Positions 38,247-49,145 of a stretch of 64,000 bases of DNA are shown one piece after another. Position 1 is the first letter of the stretch, and the number at the start of each line of letters is the position of its first letter. The translations under genes and the position numbers were made by a program. A model generated the notes under the pieces. The model had not been told where the DNA came from, did no database searches, and saw nothing but the letters and a program-made list of their open reading frames with translations. The stretch covers positions 25,651 to 89,650 of the forward strand of contig JAVKHO010000012.1 of NCBI GenBank assembly GCA_031459915.1, read 5' to 3'. The stretch is from Candidatus Tepidifontimicrobium thermophilum. GTDB lineage: Bacteria; Sysuimicrobiota; Sysuimicrobiia; Sysuimicrobiales; Sysuimicrobiaceae.

Positions 38247-39662
38247 TCAGCGGTCGCGCCCACCGCCTACCAGCCCCTGGGCCCTCCACTTGCGGAAGAT
38301 CTCCACACAACGGCGGTGTGCCTCCTCGACGGCCTCACGGGGAGTCGTGCGGCCCGTGGCGGCCCGGGCAAACATGTCCGGCAGGACGAAGGTGTCCAGG
38401 ATCTCGCCCTCCGCGGGGTTGGCGGGCCCGGGGTAGCCGACGTTGGTGGACCAGGTCTCCGCCTCCGCCAGGACCCGTAGCTTGTCCGCAGGGTTCGACT
38501 CGAACGGATCCCTCAGGACCGCCGCGCGTAGCCAGCGCCGCCCCGCGTCGGGCTTCTCGGCCACCGGAGCCCTGGCGTCCGCCACGGAGCCGGGGTAGGA
38601 AGGGAAGTTGTACAGCCGGCTGGCCAGCACCGCATCGCGGTAGCTGTCCAGCAGCGCCAGGAGGAACTCCTTGGCCAGGTCCGGGCTGCGGGCGAAGCGC
38701 CAGATCACCCACGCCGCCGCCTGTCCCGGAACCCATCGCCCCCTGGGCCCCCGCAGGGCGCCCGTGAAGAAGATGTCGTCCGCCACAGGGAGACGGTTTG
38801 CCTGCGCGGTCCGGTAGGCGGAAATCGGGTTGATGATGAAGCTGGTCTGACGGGCATTCAGGGCCTGGTTGTTGGACGCGGCGTTCCAGCTCAACACCGC
38901 CGGGTTCATCACCTCCCGGAACAGCCGCACCCCGAACTCCACCGCGCGGACCGTCTGCTCGCTGTTCAGCACCACGTTCTCCTGGGCGTCCTGCACGGAA
39001 GCCCCGAAGGACCACAAGAGGGCCCGGACCGCCATGTTGGAGTCCAGGTCCTGGCTGAACCCAATCCCGACGGGGATCTGGATTTCCGGGAACCGGCGCT
39101 TGATCTCGTTGCCCACGCGCAGGAGGTCCTCCCAGGTGGACGGGCCCCCAGGCATGCCCGCGGCGCTCCACACGCTGCGGAGGTAGTTGCCGGGGAACAG
39201 GATCCAGCGGTCCGAGAAGCCGAAGAACTTGCGGGTGTTCGGGTTGTAGACGGAACGGCGGACCAGGGGCAGCATGGGTCCGAAGCGCCGCTCCGCCTCC
39301 TGGTGCACGTCCCGCAGATCCAGCACGTGCGGCTCGAAGGCGGAGGGGGCGGTGTCGAAAAAGTAGAGGTCGTGGCCCTGCTGCGCTGCCACCTCCGCGG
39401 TGGCCCGCGGCACCAACTCCGCGGTGGAGATGTGGTCCACGACCACCTGCACGCCCCGTTCGCGGCCCCACCGCTCGGCAAACGGGTCGAACCAAGCGTC
39501 GAAACTGGGCACGAAGTGGCTCACCGCGAGGATCCGTAGGGTCCGCTGCTGGGCTCGGGCATACCGGGGCACGAAAACCGCAGGCGCCGCGATCGCTGCA
39601 GCGCCCGTGGCGGCCTGCCTCAGGAACTCACGCCGGGTCAGACGGTGTATCCCCTGTACCAC
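38247..39662 (-). CDS. Tat-exported ABC transporter substrate-binding protein (carbohydrate-type family)
   Basis: TRREFL twin-Arg signal, SHFVP, TWEDLL, FARAATG. Confidence 0.85.
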   Translation of the reverse strand: MVQGIHRLTRREFLRQAATGAAAIAAPAVFVPRYARAQQRTLRILAVSHFVPSFDAWFDPFAERWGRERGVQVVVDHISTAELVPRATAEVAAQQGHDLYFFDTAPSAFEPHVLDLRDVHQEAERRFGPMLPLVRRSVYNPNTRKFFGFSDRWILFPGNYLRSVWSAAGMPGGPSTWEDLLRVGNEIKRRFPEIQIPVGIGFSQDLDSNMAVRALLWSFGASVQDAQENVVLNSEQTVRAVEFGVRLFREVMNPAVLSWNAASNNQALNARQTSFIINPISAYRTAQANRLPVADDIFFTGALRGPRGRWVPGQAAAWVIWRFARSPDLAKEFLLALLDSYRDAVLASRLYNFPSYPGSVADARAPVAEKPDAGRRWLRAAVLRDPFESNPADKLRVLAEAETWSTNVGYPGPANPAEGEILDTFVLPDMFARAATGRTTPREAVEEAHRRCVEIFRKWRAQGLVGGGRDR

Positions 39663-39676
39663 ACCCCCACCTCCTT

Positions 39677-39712
39677 TGTCCGTATATCGGACAGATAAAC
39701 CGTATTCTGGAC
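39677..39712. promoter_or_regulatory. Palindromic operator, IclR-family-like
   Basis: TGTCCG-TATAT-CGGACA (39677-39693) plus a degenerate copy 20 bp away, next to the SD of the binding-protein gene. Confidence 0.6.
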
Positions 39713-39795
39713 GACTTCCCTATAGCGCGAACTGCCCTGCGGGGGAAGAGGTTGTCCGCGGGCCGGACGAAGTCTGGTCCGCCCTCCGGGCGCCG

Positions 39796-40980
39796 TCAGG
39801 TGTCGGTGCGGGGCAGTCGCGGACGTGCCACCGCCGCGGCCCCGCAGAAGGCGGCCGCGCCCAGCGACGCAAACGCCACGCCCCATCCCGCGCGGTCCAG
39901 CAGCCACCCGAACACCGCCGGGGAGATGGCGGTCACCAGGAAGCCCAGGCCCGACTGGACGGCCATGGTGGTACCCAGCCACCGGGGATCCGCGGCCTCC
40001 GCCACGGCCGCGGAAAGCGTGCTGGACTCCGCGGTGACCAGCAGGCCGTACAGGAAGGCCAGAGGCAGCACCACCCCCGTCCCCAGGGGAAGGGTCCAGC
40101 CCACGGTGAACGACACCGTGGCGGAAGCCAGCAGCACCGCTACCACCGTGGGACGCCGGCCCACGCGGTCGGAGACCCACCCCCCCAGGGCGTTGCTGGC
40201 CGCGCCCGCCAGCAGCACCACCGAACCGAAGGCCGCCCCGCGCGCCGCAGCGGAACTGAGGGGGACGCCCTGTCCGGCCCACAGGGCCGCCAGGAACGCG
40301 GAAAGCCAGGCCCGCATCCCGAAGAGCTCCCAGTTGTGGGCGGCGTACGCCACCACGTACCGCATGGCGGTGCGGTTGCCCAGGACCTCCCACAGCCGCA
40401 ACGCGGCACGGGGCTGCCGGGGCGGGTCGTGGGCGATGCGCCACGCCACCGCGAAGGCGACGAAGGGGCCCGCCGCAGGCACCAGGAAACTCCAGCGCCA
40501 ACCCCACGGCAGAAGCGCTCCCGCCACGGCCAGGGAGAGGGCCGCGCCGACGCTGAAGCAGGCGATGTACAGGCCCATGGCGGCGCCCCGCTGTCCGGGT
40601 TCAAACCGCTCCACGACCAGCCGCATCCCCGGCATGTAGGTCCCAGCCAGGCCGGCGCCGCACAACAACCGCAGCACGAAGGCGGAGCCGAAGTCCCGCG
40701 CCAGGAGGGGGAACGCGAGGTTCGCCAGGCCGTTCCACAGGGCCGACAGGAGGTAGATCCGGCGCACGCCCCACACGTCCGTGAGGGTAGACAGGACCAG
40801 CACCGCGAGGGTGTAGCCCAGCTGCTGTGCCGCGAACACCGCCCCCGCCCGTCCCGCGGACAGGTTCCACTCCCGCTGCAGGACCGGCAGCGCCGCCGCG
40901 TAGCCCGAGAAGGTGAGCATGGTCCCCACCTCCGCGGCACACAGCAGGACCAGCCACTTCCAGGGCGGGGGGAGCTTCAC
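39796..40980 (-). CDS. MFS transporter
   Basis: Multiple TM segments; LTDVWGVRR and GWVSDRVGRR MFS motif A; GTGA overlap with the ftsY stop. Confidence 0.9.
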   Translation of the reverse strand: MKLPPPWKWLVLLCAAEVGTMLTFSGYAAALPVLQREWNLSAGRAGAVFAAQQLGYTLAVLVLSTLTDVWGVRRIYLLSALWNGLANLAFPLLARDFGSAFVLRLLCGAGLAGTYMPGMRLVVERFEPGQRGAAMGLYIACFSVGAALSLAVAGALLPWGWRWSFLVPAAGPFVAFAVAWRIAHDPPRQPRAALRLWEVLGNRTAMRYVVAYAAHNWELFGMRAWLSAFLAALWAGQGVPLSSAAARGAAFGSVVLLAGAASNALGGWVSDRVGRRPTVVAVLLASATVSFTVGWTLPLGTGVVLPLAFLYGLLVTAESSTLSAAVAEAADPRWLGTTMAVQSGLGFLVTAISPAVFGWLLDRAGWGVAFASLGAAAFCGAAAVARPRLPRTDT

Positions 40981-41897
40981 GCCTCCGGCAGGAGGGCGTC
41001 CACAAACGCCTCGGGGTCGAAGGCCTCGAGGTCGTCCGGGCCCTCGCCCGTGCCCACCAGCTTCACCGGCAGGCCCAGCTGGTGCCCGATGGCGAGGACC
41101 ACACCGCCCTTCGCGCTGCTGTCCAGCTTGCTCAACACCACCCCGGTGGCGCCCGCGGCTTCCCGGAACTGCCGGGCCTGCTGCAGGGCGTTCTGCCCTG
41201 TCGTGGCGTCCAGCACCAGGAGGGACTCCCACGGGCAGTCTGGCAGAAGACGGACCAGGACCCGCCGGATCTTCCGGAGCTCGTCCATGAGGTTTGTCTT
41301 CGTGTGGAGGCGGCCCGCGGTGTCGGCCACCAGCACGTCCGCGTGGCGGCTCAAAGTGGCCTGCGCGGCGTCGTGCACCACCGCCGCGGGGTCTGCCCCC
41401 TCCCGGTGGCGCACCAGTTCTGCGCCCGCGCGCCGCGCCCAGACCTCCAGCTGGTCGATGGCCGCAGCCCGGAAGGTGTCCGCGGCGGCCAGCACCACGC
41501 GCTTGCCCCGGGCGCTCAGGTGGCAGGCCAGCTTGCCCGCGGTCGTGGTCTTCCCGGACCCGTTCACGCCCACCACCAGCACCACCGCGGGAGGAGGCTC
41601 GAGCTGAAGGGGCTGGGGCTCGGGCAGGAAGCTCCGCAGCACCTGGCGGAGGGCCGCGCGAACCTCCTCCGGCCGCCGGAGTCCAGCACGCACCCGGCGC
41701 CGGAGTTCCTCCACCGCCTCCGCCGTGACCTCCACGCCCACGTCGGAGGCCAAGAGCGCCTCTTCCACCTGCTGGAAGAAACCCTCGTCCGGGGGACGGG
41801 TGAAGGCGTCCTGCAGGTGGTCCGCGATAGCCTGGCGCGTCCTGCGCAGCCCCTCCCGGATCCTCCCCCACAGGCCCGCACGCCCGGCTACGTCCAC
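40977..41897 (-). CDS. ftsY: SRP receptor FtsY
   Basis: GVNGSGKTT, DTFRAAA, DTAGRLH, DATTGQN, KLDSSAKGG. Confidence 0.96.
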   Translation of the reverse strand: MDVAGRAGLWGRIREGLRRTRQAIADHLQDAFTRPPDEGFFQQVEEALLASDVGVEVTAEAVEELRRRVRAGLRRPEEVRAALRQVLRSFLPEPQPLQLEPPPAVVLVVGVNGSGKTTTAGKLACHLSARGKRVVLAAADTFRAAAIDQLEVWARRAGAELVRHREGADPAAVVHDAAQATLSRHADVLVADTAGRLHTKTNLMDELRKIRRVLVRLLPDCPWESLLVLDATTGQNALQQARQFREAAGATGVVLSKLDSSAKGGVVLAIGHQLGLPVKLVGTGEGPDDLEAFDPEAFVDALLPEA

Positions 41898-42874
41898 GGG
41901 ACCTCCACGCCCACACCCCGCTCTGCCGCCCGCCGCAACACCAGCACTCCCACCGCCACGTCCTGCACGGCCACGCCCACGGACTTGAACAGGGTCACCT
42001 CGTCGGGCCCGCGCCGGCCCAAGGAGGGGTCGTCTACGAGCCGGCCAAGCTCCACGGCGCGTCCCCAGTCGAAGGCCCCCTCCGCGGCGGCCTGGATCAG
42101 GTCCCCGGCTTCGGCCCGGGCCGCCTCCAGGCTGTCCACCACCACCCTTGCGTGCGCCACCACTTCCGCGGGGATCTCCCGCATGTGCGGGGTGAACGCG
42201 CCGATGGCGTTGATGTGGGCACCTGGACTCAGGTCGGAGGCCGCGAACACGGGCTCGTGGCTGGGCGTGGCGGTCACCACCACCTCCGCGCCCCGTACCG
42301 CGGCCTCCGGGGAAGGCGCGGCGAACACGGACGCGCCGCTCAGCCAGGGTTGTCGCCTGGCCCAGTCCACGAACGCCTCCCTGTGCGACGGGGTGGGACA
42401 GTACACCCGGACCTGGGTCACCGCGCGCACCGTGCACACAGCCTCCAGTTGCCTGCGGGCCTGTCCACCGCACCCGAACAGCGCCACCACCCCAGCCTCC
42501 CTGCGGGCCAGCAGGTCCGTGGCGAGCCCGGTCGCGGCTCCTGTGCGGAGCGCGGTGAGGGAGGCGCCTTCCACTAGACCGAGGGGCGTCCCCGTCTCCG
42601 GGTCCTGCACGAGCACCGCGGCCTGGATGGTGGGAAGCCCTCGCGCGGGGTTGCCGGGGAACACGGTCACCGCCTTCACGCCCAACCCCAGTCCCTCAAC
42701 GAAGGCAGGCATCCAGAGGGCCGTCCCTGCGGACGTGTCCAGGTGCACCCGCAAAGGCACCTGTGCCTGGCCAGCCGACAGGGACCGGAACGCCTGTCGG
42801 ACCGCCTCGATGGCATCCCGCATGGGCACCAGGCGGTCCACTTCCTCGGCGCTGAGCACCCGGAGGTTCGGCAC
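41888..42874 (-). CDS. Ornithine cyclodeaminase/mu-crystallin family protein
   Basis: [32 protein letters not shown]. Confidence 0.9.
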   Translation of the reverse strand: MPNLRVLSAEEVDRLVPMRDAIEAVRQAFRSLSAGQAQVPLRVHLDTSAGTALWMPAFVEGLGLGVKAVTVFPGNPARGLPTIQAAVLVQDPETGTPLGLVEGASLTALRTGAATGLATDLLARREAGVVALFGCGGQARRQLEAVCTVRAVTQVRVYCPTPSHREAFVDWARRQPWLSGASVFAAPSPEAAVRGAEVVVTATPSHEPVFAASDLSPGAHINAIGAFTPHMREIPAEVVAHARVVVDSLEAARAEAGDLIQAAAEGAFDWGRAVELGRLVDDPSLGRRGPDEVTLFKSVGVAVQDVAVGVLVLRRAAERGVGVEVPWT

Positions 42875-42899
42875 GGGCCCTCCGAAGCCGCGCCGGGCC

Positions 42900-45329
42900 T
42901 CAGGCCTGGGGCGGAGGCGGCGGGGCTTGCTGCGGCAGCTCCACGGGGATCCGGGGGACCTCCAGGGCCGCTGGCGGCGGCTCCGGGGACGCGGGCTTGA
43001 CCGGCGCGGGCAGCAGTGCCTCCTCCAGGACCTCGTCCATGTGCTCCACGAAACGGAACCGCAGCGCCCGGCGCACGTTCTCAGGGATCTCGTGCATGTC
43101 CCGCTCGTTCTCCTTCGGCAGGATCACGGTCCGGATCCCCGCCCGGTGCGCCGCGATCACCTTCTCCTTCAGCCCGCCCACCGGCAGGACCTTCCCCCGG
43201 AGGGTGATCTCGCCCGTCATGGCCACGTCCTTGCGGACGGGACGTCCGCTCAGGGCCGAAGCCAGGGCGGTGGCCATGGTGATCCCCGCGGAGGGGCCCT
43301 CCTTGGGCTGCGCGCCCGCGGGCACGTGGATGTGGACGTCAAACTTGCTGTACCAGTCCTCGTCCACGCCCAGCCGGCGGCTGCGGGACCGCACGTAGGA
43401 CACCGCGGCGTTGGCGGACTCCTTCATGACCTCGCCCAGCTGCCCGGTGAGGACCAGCTTGCCGTTGCCCTTCACCAGGGTGGCCTCCACGGTGACGATG
43501 TCGCCCCCGGTCTCCGCCCACACTAGGCCCGTGGCCGCGCCCACCTCGTCCTGCTTCTCCGCCAGGCCGTAGCGGAACTTGGGCGGGCCGAGGAAGCGGT
43601 GCAGCATCTTCGCGGTCACCCGCTTGGGCGCCTTGGGGTCCCCGGAGGCCACCAGGGTGGCGACCTTCCGGCAGATGGTGCCGATCTCCCGTTCCAGGTT
43701 CCGGACCCCGGCCTCCCGCGTGTACTCCCGGATGATCCTCCGCAACGCCGCGTCCGTGATCTGCAGCCCGAACTCCGCCAGCCCGTTCTCCTTGCGCTGC
43801 TTCGGCACCAGGAAGTGGCGGGCGATCCCCAGCTTCTCCTGCTCGATGTAACCCGGGAAGCGGATCACCTCCATGCGGTCCCGCAGGGCCGGCGGGATGG
43901 TGTCCAGCACGTTGGCGGTGCAGATGAACATGACCTCGCTGAGGTCGAAGGGCAGCTCCAGGTAGTGGTCGCTGAAGGCGTGGTTCTGCTCGGGGTCCAA
44001 AGCCTCCAGCAGGGCCGCGGAGGGGTCCCCCCGGAAGTCCATCCCCAACTTGTCGATCTCGTCCAGCATGAACACCGGGTTCTTGCTGCCCGCGGTCTTC
44101 ATGCCCTGGATGATGCGGCCGGGCAGGGCCCCCACGTACGTACGCCGGTGGCCCCGGATCTCCGCCTCGTCCCGCACGCCGCCCAGGGAGATGCGGACGA
44201 ACTTACGGCCCAGGGCCCGGGCGATGGACCTGCCCAGCGAGGTCTTGCCCACCCCCGGCGGGCCCACGAAGCACAGGATGGGACCCTTGGACTGCGGGCT
44301 CAGCTTGCGCACCGCGAGGTACTCCACGATGCGCTCCTTCGCCTTCTCGAGCCCGTAGTGGTCCTCGTCCAGGATCTTGCGGGCCTCGGGGATGTCCAGG
44401 CGGTCCTCCGTGCGCACGCTCCACGGCAGCGCCAGGATCCAGTCCAGGTACGTCCGGACCACCACCGCCTCCGCCACCATGGGCGGCATCTTCTCCAGGC
44501 GGCCCAGCTCCTCCAGGGCCTTCTCCTTCACGGGCTCCGGCAGGTTGGCGGCCTCGATCTTCTTCCGGTACTCCTCCACCTCCGCCTGGCGCTCGTCCTT
44601 CTCCCCCAGCTCCTGCTGGATGGCCTTCATCTGCTCCTTCAGGTAGTACTCGCGCTGGGACTTCTCCATGGACTTGCGGACCCGGTTCTGGATCTTCCGC
44701 TCCAGGTCCAGGATGTTGATCTCCCGCGCCAGCACCTGGGAGATGAACTCCAGGCGGCTTGTCACGTCCAGCTCCAGCACCCTCTGCCGCTCCTCGGTCT
44801 TCAAGGGCAGGTGCTGGGCCACCAGGTCCGCCAGTTTGCCGGGTTCCTCCGCGTTCATCACCGCCATGTACGCCTCGGGGGCCACGGTGCGGCTGAGGCG
44901 CGCGTAGCGCTCGAACTGGGAGGTCACCCCGCGCATGAGGGCCTCGATCTCCAGGGTCCGCTCCGTGGGGTCCTCCACGGTGCGCACGTGGGCCAGCAAG
45001 AAGGGGTCCGTGTGCACGAACCCCTCCAGGTGGACCCGGACCAGCCCTTCCACCATGACCTGCAGGACCCCGTCCGGCTGCTTGCCCACGTTGAGGACCC
45101 GGGCCACCACCCCCCACTCGTACAGGTCCTCCGGCTTGGGGTCCTCCACGTTTTCGTCCCGCTGGCAGACCAAGGCCAGCAGGCGGTCGGACTCCAGGGA
45201 CCGCTCCAGGGCCCGGACCGACTTGGGCCGGCCGACCCCGAGGGCGATGGGCATGTGCGGGAGCACCACCACGCCCTTCAGCGCGAGGACGGGAAGCTGC
45301 GTGGGATAGACCGTCTTCGTCTGGCTCAT
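42900..45329 (-). CDS. lon: Lon protease
   Basis: [38 protein letters not shown]. Confidence 0.97.
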   Translation of the reverse strand: MSQTKTVYPTQLPVLALKGVVVLPHMPIALGVGRPKSVRALERSLESDRLLALVCQRDENVEDPKPEDLYEWGVVARVLNVGKQPDGVLQVMVEGLVRVHLEGFVHTDPFLLAHVRTVEDPTERTLEIEALMRGVTSQFERYARLSRTVAPEAYMAVMNAEEPGKLADLVAQHLPLKTEERQRVLELDVTSRLEFISQVLAREINILDLERKIQNRVRKSMEKSQREYYLKEQMKAIQQELGEKDERQAEVEEYRKKIEAANLPEPVKEKALEELGRLEKMPPMVAEAVVVRTYLDWILALPWSVRTEDRLDIPEARKILDEDHYGLEKAKERIVEYLAVRKLSPQSKGPILCFVGPPGVGKTSLGRSIARALGRKFVRISLGGVRDEAEIRGHRRTYVGALPGRIIQGMKTAGSKNPVFMLDEIDKLGMDFRGDPSAALLEALDPEQNHAFSDHYLELPFDLSEVMFICTANVLDTIPPALRDRMEVIRFPGYIEQEKLGIARHFLVPKQRKENGLAEFGLQITDAALRRIIREYTREAGVRNLEREIGTICRKVATLVASGDPKAPKRVTAKMLHRFLGPPKFRYGLAEKQDEVGAATGLVWAETGGDIVTVEATLVKGNGKLVLTGQLGEVMKESANAAVSYVRSRSRRLGVDEDWYSKFDVHIHVPAGAQPKEGPSAGITMATALASALSGRPVRKDVAMTGEITLRGKVLPVGGLKEKVIAAHRAGIRTVILPKENERDMHEIPENVRRALRFRFVEHMDEVLEEALLPAPVKPASPEPPPAALEVPRIPVELPQQAPPPPPQA

Positions 45330-45489
45330 GCCGAACCTCCGTCGGGTGCCCCTGCCGGCAGCGCACCCGAACCTCTACTCGTATTTACGCACACCACGGC
45401 CCCAGGATTCCAAGGCCGCCCGGCTGCCGGAGAGCCGGTGCCGGCACGTCCACGCGCCGCGGGCCCTGCCGGGAGGGACCCGCGTACGC

Positions 45490-46755
45490 TCACGAGGCGG
45501 GCTTCTCCTTGGCCAGCCGTTTGGCCTCCGCGGCGGTGATGAGGATGGGCCGGGCCCGGCGCTCCACCGACTCCAGGGTGATGACGCACCGCTTGATGTC
45601 GGGCCGGGACGGGATCTCGTACATCACGTCCAGCATGATGTCCTCGAGGATGGTCCGCAGGCCCCGGGCGCCTGTGTTCCGCGCCAGGGCCTCCCGGGCG
45701 ATGGCCCGCAGGGCGTCCTCCGCCACCACCAGGTCCACCCCGTCCATCTCCAGGATCTTCTGGTACTGGCGGACCAGGGCGTTCTTCGGCTCCACCAGGA
45801 TCCGCACCAGGTGGTCCTCCGTGAGGGGTTCCAGGGGCACCACCACCGGCAGCCGTCCGATGAACTCCGGGATCAGGCCGTAGCGCAGGAGGTCCTGGGG
45901 CATCACCTGCCGGAGCAGCTCCCCGGTGTCCCGCACCTTGGGGTTGGCCTGGGCGCCGAAGCCGATGCTGGACTGGCGGACCCGCGCCTCGATGATCTTG
46001 TCCAGACCCTCGAACGCCCCTCCGCAGATGAACAGGATGTTGGTGGTGTCCACCTGGATGAACTCCTGGTGGGGGTGCTTGCGGCCGCCCTGGGGCGGCA
46101 CGTTGGCCACCGTGCCCTCCAGGATCTTCAGCAGGGCCTGCTGCACGCCCTCGCCGGACACGTCCCGGGTGATGGAGGGGTTCTCGGACTTGCGGGCGAT
46201 CTTGTCCACCTCGTCGATGTACACGATCCCCCGCTCCGCCTTCTTCACGTCGTAGTCCGCCGCCTGGACCAGCCGCAGGAGGATGTTCTCCACGTCCTCG
46301 CCTACGTAGCCCGCCTCCGTGAGGCTGGTGGCGTCCGCGATGGCGAAGGGGACGTCCAGGATCTTGGCCAGGGTCTGGGCCAGGTGGGTCTTCCCGCAGC
46401 CCGTGGGCCCGATGAGCAGGATGTTGCTCTTCTGGAGCTCCACGTCGGTGGGGCGCCGGTGGGCGATGCGCTTGTAGTGGTTGTACACCGCCACCGACAG
46501 CACCTTCTTGGCCCGCTCCTGCCCCACCACGTACTGGCACAGGGTCTCGTAGATCTCGTGCGGCTTCGGCAGGCTGCGGGGGCCCCGTTCCTCCTGCTCC
46601 CCGTACAGCTCCTCCTCGATGATCTCGTTGCACAGCTCGATGCACTCGTCGCAGATGTACACCCCGGGACCCGCCACGAGCTTGCGGACCTGCTCCTGGC
46701 CCTTCCCGCAGAAGGAACACTTCAACCGCTCCCGCTCATCCCCGAAGCGGAACAT
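45490..46755 (-). CDS. clpX: ATP-dependent Clp protease ATPase ClpX
   Basis: CSFCGK zinc finger, [19 protein letters not shown] and IGF loops. Confidence 0.97.
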   Translation of the reverse strand: MFRFGDERERLKCSFCGKGQEQVRKLVAGPGVYICDECIELCNEIIEEELYGEQEERGPRSLPKPHEIYETLCQYVVGQERAKKVLSVAVYNHYKRIAHRRPTDVELQKSNILLIGPTGCGKTHLAQTLAKILDVPFAIADATSLTEAGYVGEDVENILLRLVQAADYDVKKAERGIVYIDEVDKIARKSENPSITRDVSGEGVQQALLKILEGTVANVPPQGGRKHPHQEFIQVDTTNILFICGGAFEGLDKIIEARVRQSSIGFGAQANPKVRDTGELLRQVMPQDLLRYGLIPEFIGRLPVVVPLEPLTEDHLVRILVEPKNALVRQYQKILEMDGVDLVVAEDALRAIAREALARNTGARGLRTILEDIMLDVMYEIPSRPDIKRCVITLESVERRARPILITAAEAKRLAKEKPAS

Positions 46756-46842
46756 GCGACCCCCTCGCCGTCCTTGATCCCGGTCCCCTGTCACGGCCGC
46801 GCGAACCGAACCGTCCCACGGGTCCAGAGCAACTTCCCTGCC

Positions 46843-47451
46843 TCACCGCGCGAGCCGCGCCAGTTTCTCGCCGCGGGGCTCGATCACCAGGTCGATCAGG
46901 CCGTACTCCTTGGCCTGCTGCGCGCTCATGTAGAAGTCCCGGTCCGTGTCCCGCTCGATGCGCTCCAGGGGCTGGCCCGTGTGCCGGGCCAGGATCTCGT
47001 TGAGGATCTTCCGGAGCTCGATGACCTCCTTGGCCCGGATGGCGATGTCCACCGCCTGGCCCTGGGCTCCGCCCCACGGTTGGTGGATCATGATGCGGGA
47101 GTACGGCAGCGCCCCCCGCTTTCCCTTCGCCCCCCCGGCCAGCAGCAGGGCGGCCACGGAAGCTGCCATCCCCACGCAGATGGTGGCCACGTCCGGCTGG
47201 ATGTGCTGCATGGTGTCGTAGATCGCCAGCCCCGCGGTCATGGAGCCCCCCGGGCTGTTGATGTACAGCTGGATGTCCTTCTCCGGGTCCTCGTAGGCCA
47301 GGAACAGCATCTGGGCGATCACGAGGTTGGCCACCTCGTCGTCCACGATCCCGCCCAGGAAGATGATGCGCTCCTTGAGCAGGCGGGAGTAGATGTCGTA
47401 CGCCCGCTCGCCCCGGGCGCTCTGCTCCACCACGATGGGGACCAGGGTCAC
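46843..47451 (-). CDS. clpP: Clp protease proteolytic subunit ClpP
   Basis: [29 protein letters not shown]. Confidence 0.97.
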   Translation of the reverse strand: MTLVPIVVEQSARGERAYDIYSRLLKERIIFLGGIVDDEVANLVIAQMLFLAYEDPEKDIQLYINSPGGSMTAGLAIYDTMQHIQPDVATICVGMAASVAALLLAGGAKGKRGALPYSRIMIHQPWGGAQGQAVDIAIRAKEVIELRKILNEILARHTGQPLERIERDTDRDFYMSAQQAKEYGLIDLVIEPRGEKLARLAR

Positions 47452-48749
47452 GGCTCTCCCTCCTCCTGGGACTCCGGGCGACTCGTCGCCTCCGCGGTCA
47501 CCGCACCGCCGGAGGCCCGCTCTACCAGGTAAGCCACCGCCCGGCGGCGCCGCAGGGACGCCCGCAGCCTCGCCATCCCTCCCGTGCGCTCGAGCAACTC
47601 CCGGACCTCCTCCGGGCTACGGCCGCTGTCTTCCGCCAGGTTCTGGACCGCCTGGGCCACTTCCTCTTCGGAGGGCTGGAGCCCCTCCGCCTCCGCCACG
47701 GCGTCCAGCACCAGCCGGGTCCGGACCCGCGATTCCGCCTGCGGCCGGAACTCGTCGTGCACCTGCTCGGCGGTCTTGCCCACCAGTTGCAGGTATCGGT
47801 CCCACGACAGGCCCCGGCGCCGCAGCTCCTCCTCCAGGTCCTCCAGCAGGCTGTGTACCTCCGCGTGCAGCAGGCTCTCGGGCACCTCCACCTGGGAGGC
47901 GTCTACCACCGCCTGCAACACCCGCTGTTCGTACTCCGCCCGCGCCTCGGCGCTCGCCCTGGCCTGCAGCCTTGCCCGCAGGTCCTCCCGCAGCTCCGCC
48001 AGCGTCTGGTGGTCGCTGGCGGTCTGCGCGAACGCGTCGTCCAGAGCGGGCAGCTCCCGCAGCCGGACCTCCATCACGGAGAACCGTACCGGCCCCGCTT
48101 CCCCTTCCCACTCCACCTCGTCTCCCGCAGACCGGCCTTCCAGCAGCGCGCTCAGGGTCTGGGGGGTCTCCCCACCGCCGACTTCCAGCATCAGCTCCCG
48201 GCCCTGTGCGAACCGGCGCTCGCCCTCCGGTGCCTGCAGGACCTGCACCAGGACGAAGTCCCCGGAGGACGCGGGCCCCTGCTTGGGCAGGAGCTGCGCG
48301 TACCGAGCCCGCAACGCCTCCAGGGTACGCTGGACCTCCTCCTCACCCACCCGGGGCTCGTCGAAGGGGATCCTCAGCTCGCGGTAGTCGCCCAGCTTGA
48401 CCTCTGGCTCGACCTCCACCCGCGCGACCACCCGCAGGGGCTTGCCTTCCTCGATCTGGGCCTGCTCGAAGCGGGGCCGGCTGATGGGCCGGATGCCGCT
48501 CTGCCGCACCGCCTCCCGGTACGCCTCCGGCAGCAGCCGCTCCAGCGCCTCCTCGTACACCGCGTCTCGGCCCACGTACCGCTCCACCACCGGGCGGGGA
48601 GCACGGCCGGGCCGGAACCCCGGGATCCTCGCCCGCTGGCTCACCTTCACGACCCCTTGGGCCACCGCCCGCGCCACCCGGTCCTCGGGGACCTCGATCT
48701 CCAGCACCGCGGTGCTTCCCGGCTCCCGCCGGACGCTCAACACCTTCAC
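47448..48749 (-). CDS. tig: Trigger factor
   Basis: [20 protein letters not shown]; tig-clpP-clpX-lon synteny. Confidence 0.93.
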   Translation of the reverse strand: MKVLSVRREPGSTAVLEIEVPEDRVARAVAQGVVKVSQRARIPGFRPGRAPRPVVERYVGRDAVYEEALERLLPEAYREAVRQSGIRPISRPRFEQAQIEEGKPLRVVARVEVEPEVKLGDYRELRIPFDEPRVGEEEVQRTLEALRARYAQLLPKQGPASSGDFVLVQVLQAPEGERRFAQGRELMLEVGGGETPQTLSALLEGRSAGDEVEWEGEAGPVRFSVMEVRLRELPALDDAFAQTASDHQTLAELREDLRARLQARASAEARAEYEQRVLQAVVDASQVEVPESLLHAEVHSLLEDLEEELRRRGLSWDRYLQLVGKTAEQVHDEFRPQAESRVRTRLVLDAVAEAEGLQPSEEEVAQAVQNLAEDSGRSPEEVRELLERTGGMARLRASLRRRRAVAYLVERASGGAVTAEATSRPESQEEGEP

Positions 48750-48784
48750 CCTTCGACCTCCTGAACCGCCTTACAGCGCCTCCC

Positions 48785-48870
48785 TGGTGCGGGCGGAGGG
48801 ATTCGAACCCCCACGGGATACAGCCCACGGGATCCTAAGTCCCGCGCGTCTACCGTTCCGCCACGCCCGC
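48785..48870 (-). tRNA. tRNA-Leu(TAG)
   Basis: GCGGGCG acceptor stem, anticodon loop CT-TAG-GA, long variable arm, GTTCGAAT, encoded CCA. Confidence 0.95.
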
Positions 48871-48984
48871 CCCGGTCCCAGCCTCCTGCCAAGAAAACGT
48901 CGAACCCCGCAGCTGCCTGCGGGGTGTATGCAACCACCTTGCCGGACCCCGCGGCGTCCCCGCGGGCCGCCCTGTTTGCACCTC

Positions 48985-49060
48985 TGGAGGGCCGTGCAGG
49001 ACTCGAACCTGCAACCTTGGGATTAAGAGTCCCCTGCTCTACCAGTTGAGCTAACGGCCC
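48985..49060 (-). tRNA. tRNA-Lys(CTT)
   Basis: GGGCCGT/ACGGCCC acceptor stem, CT-CTT-AA, GTTCGAGT, CCA; 76 nt. Confidence 0.96.
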
Positions 49061-49067
49061 ACCGCGG

Positions 49068-49096
49068 ATTTTACCAACGGCCCAGAGGGGTGTCCA
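49068..49096 (-). promoter_or_regulatory. sigma70-type promoter of the tRNA-tig region
   Basis: TGGACA-N17-TAAAAT with extended TG, 7 nt before tRNA-Lys. Confidence 0.7.
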
Positions 49097-49145
49097 GAAC
49101 GTCCGGTCGCCTTCAGGCTCCTCCGTCGCCCTCCCCGTCGAGCCC

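Noticed and set aside
48871..48984. Inter-tRNA spacer with GGTTCGAC and a hairpin, a possible tRNA relic or att site
   Set aside because: No cloverleaf, no duplicated tRNA 3' end and no integrase; CCCCGCAG/CTGCGGGG is more likely a processing or weak terminator hairpin
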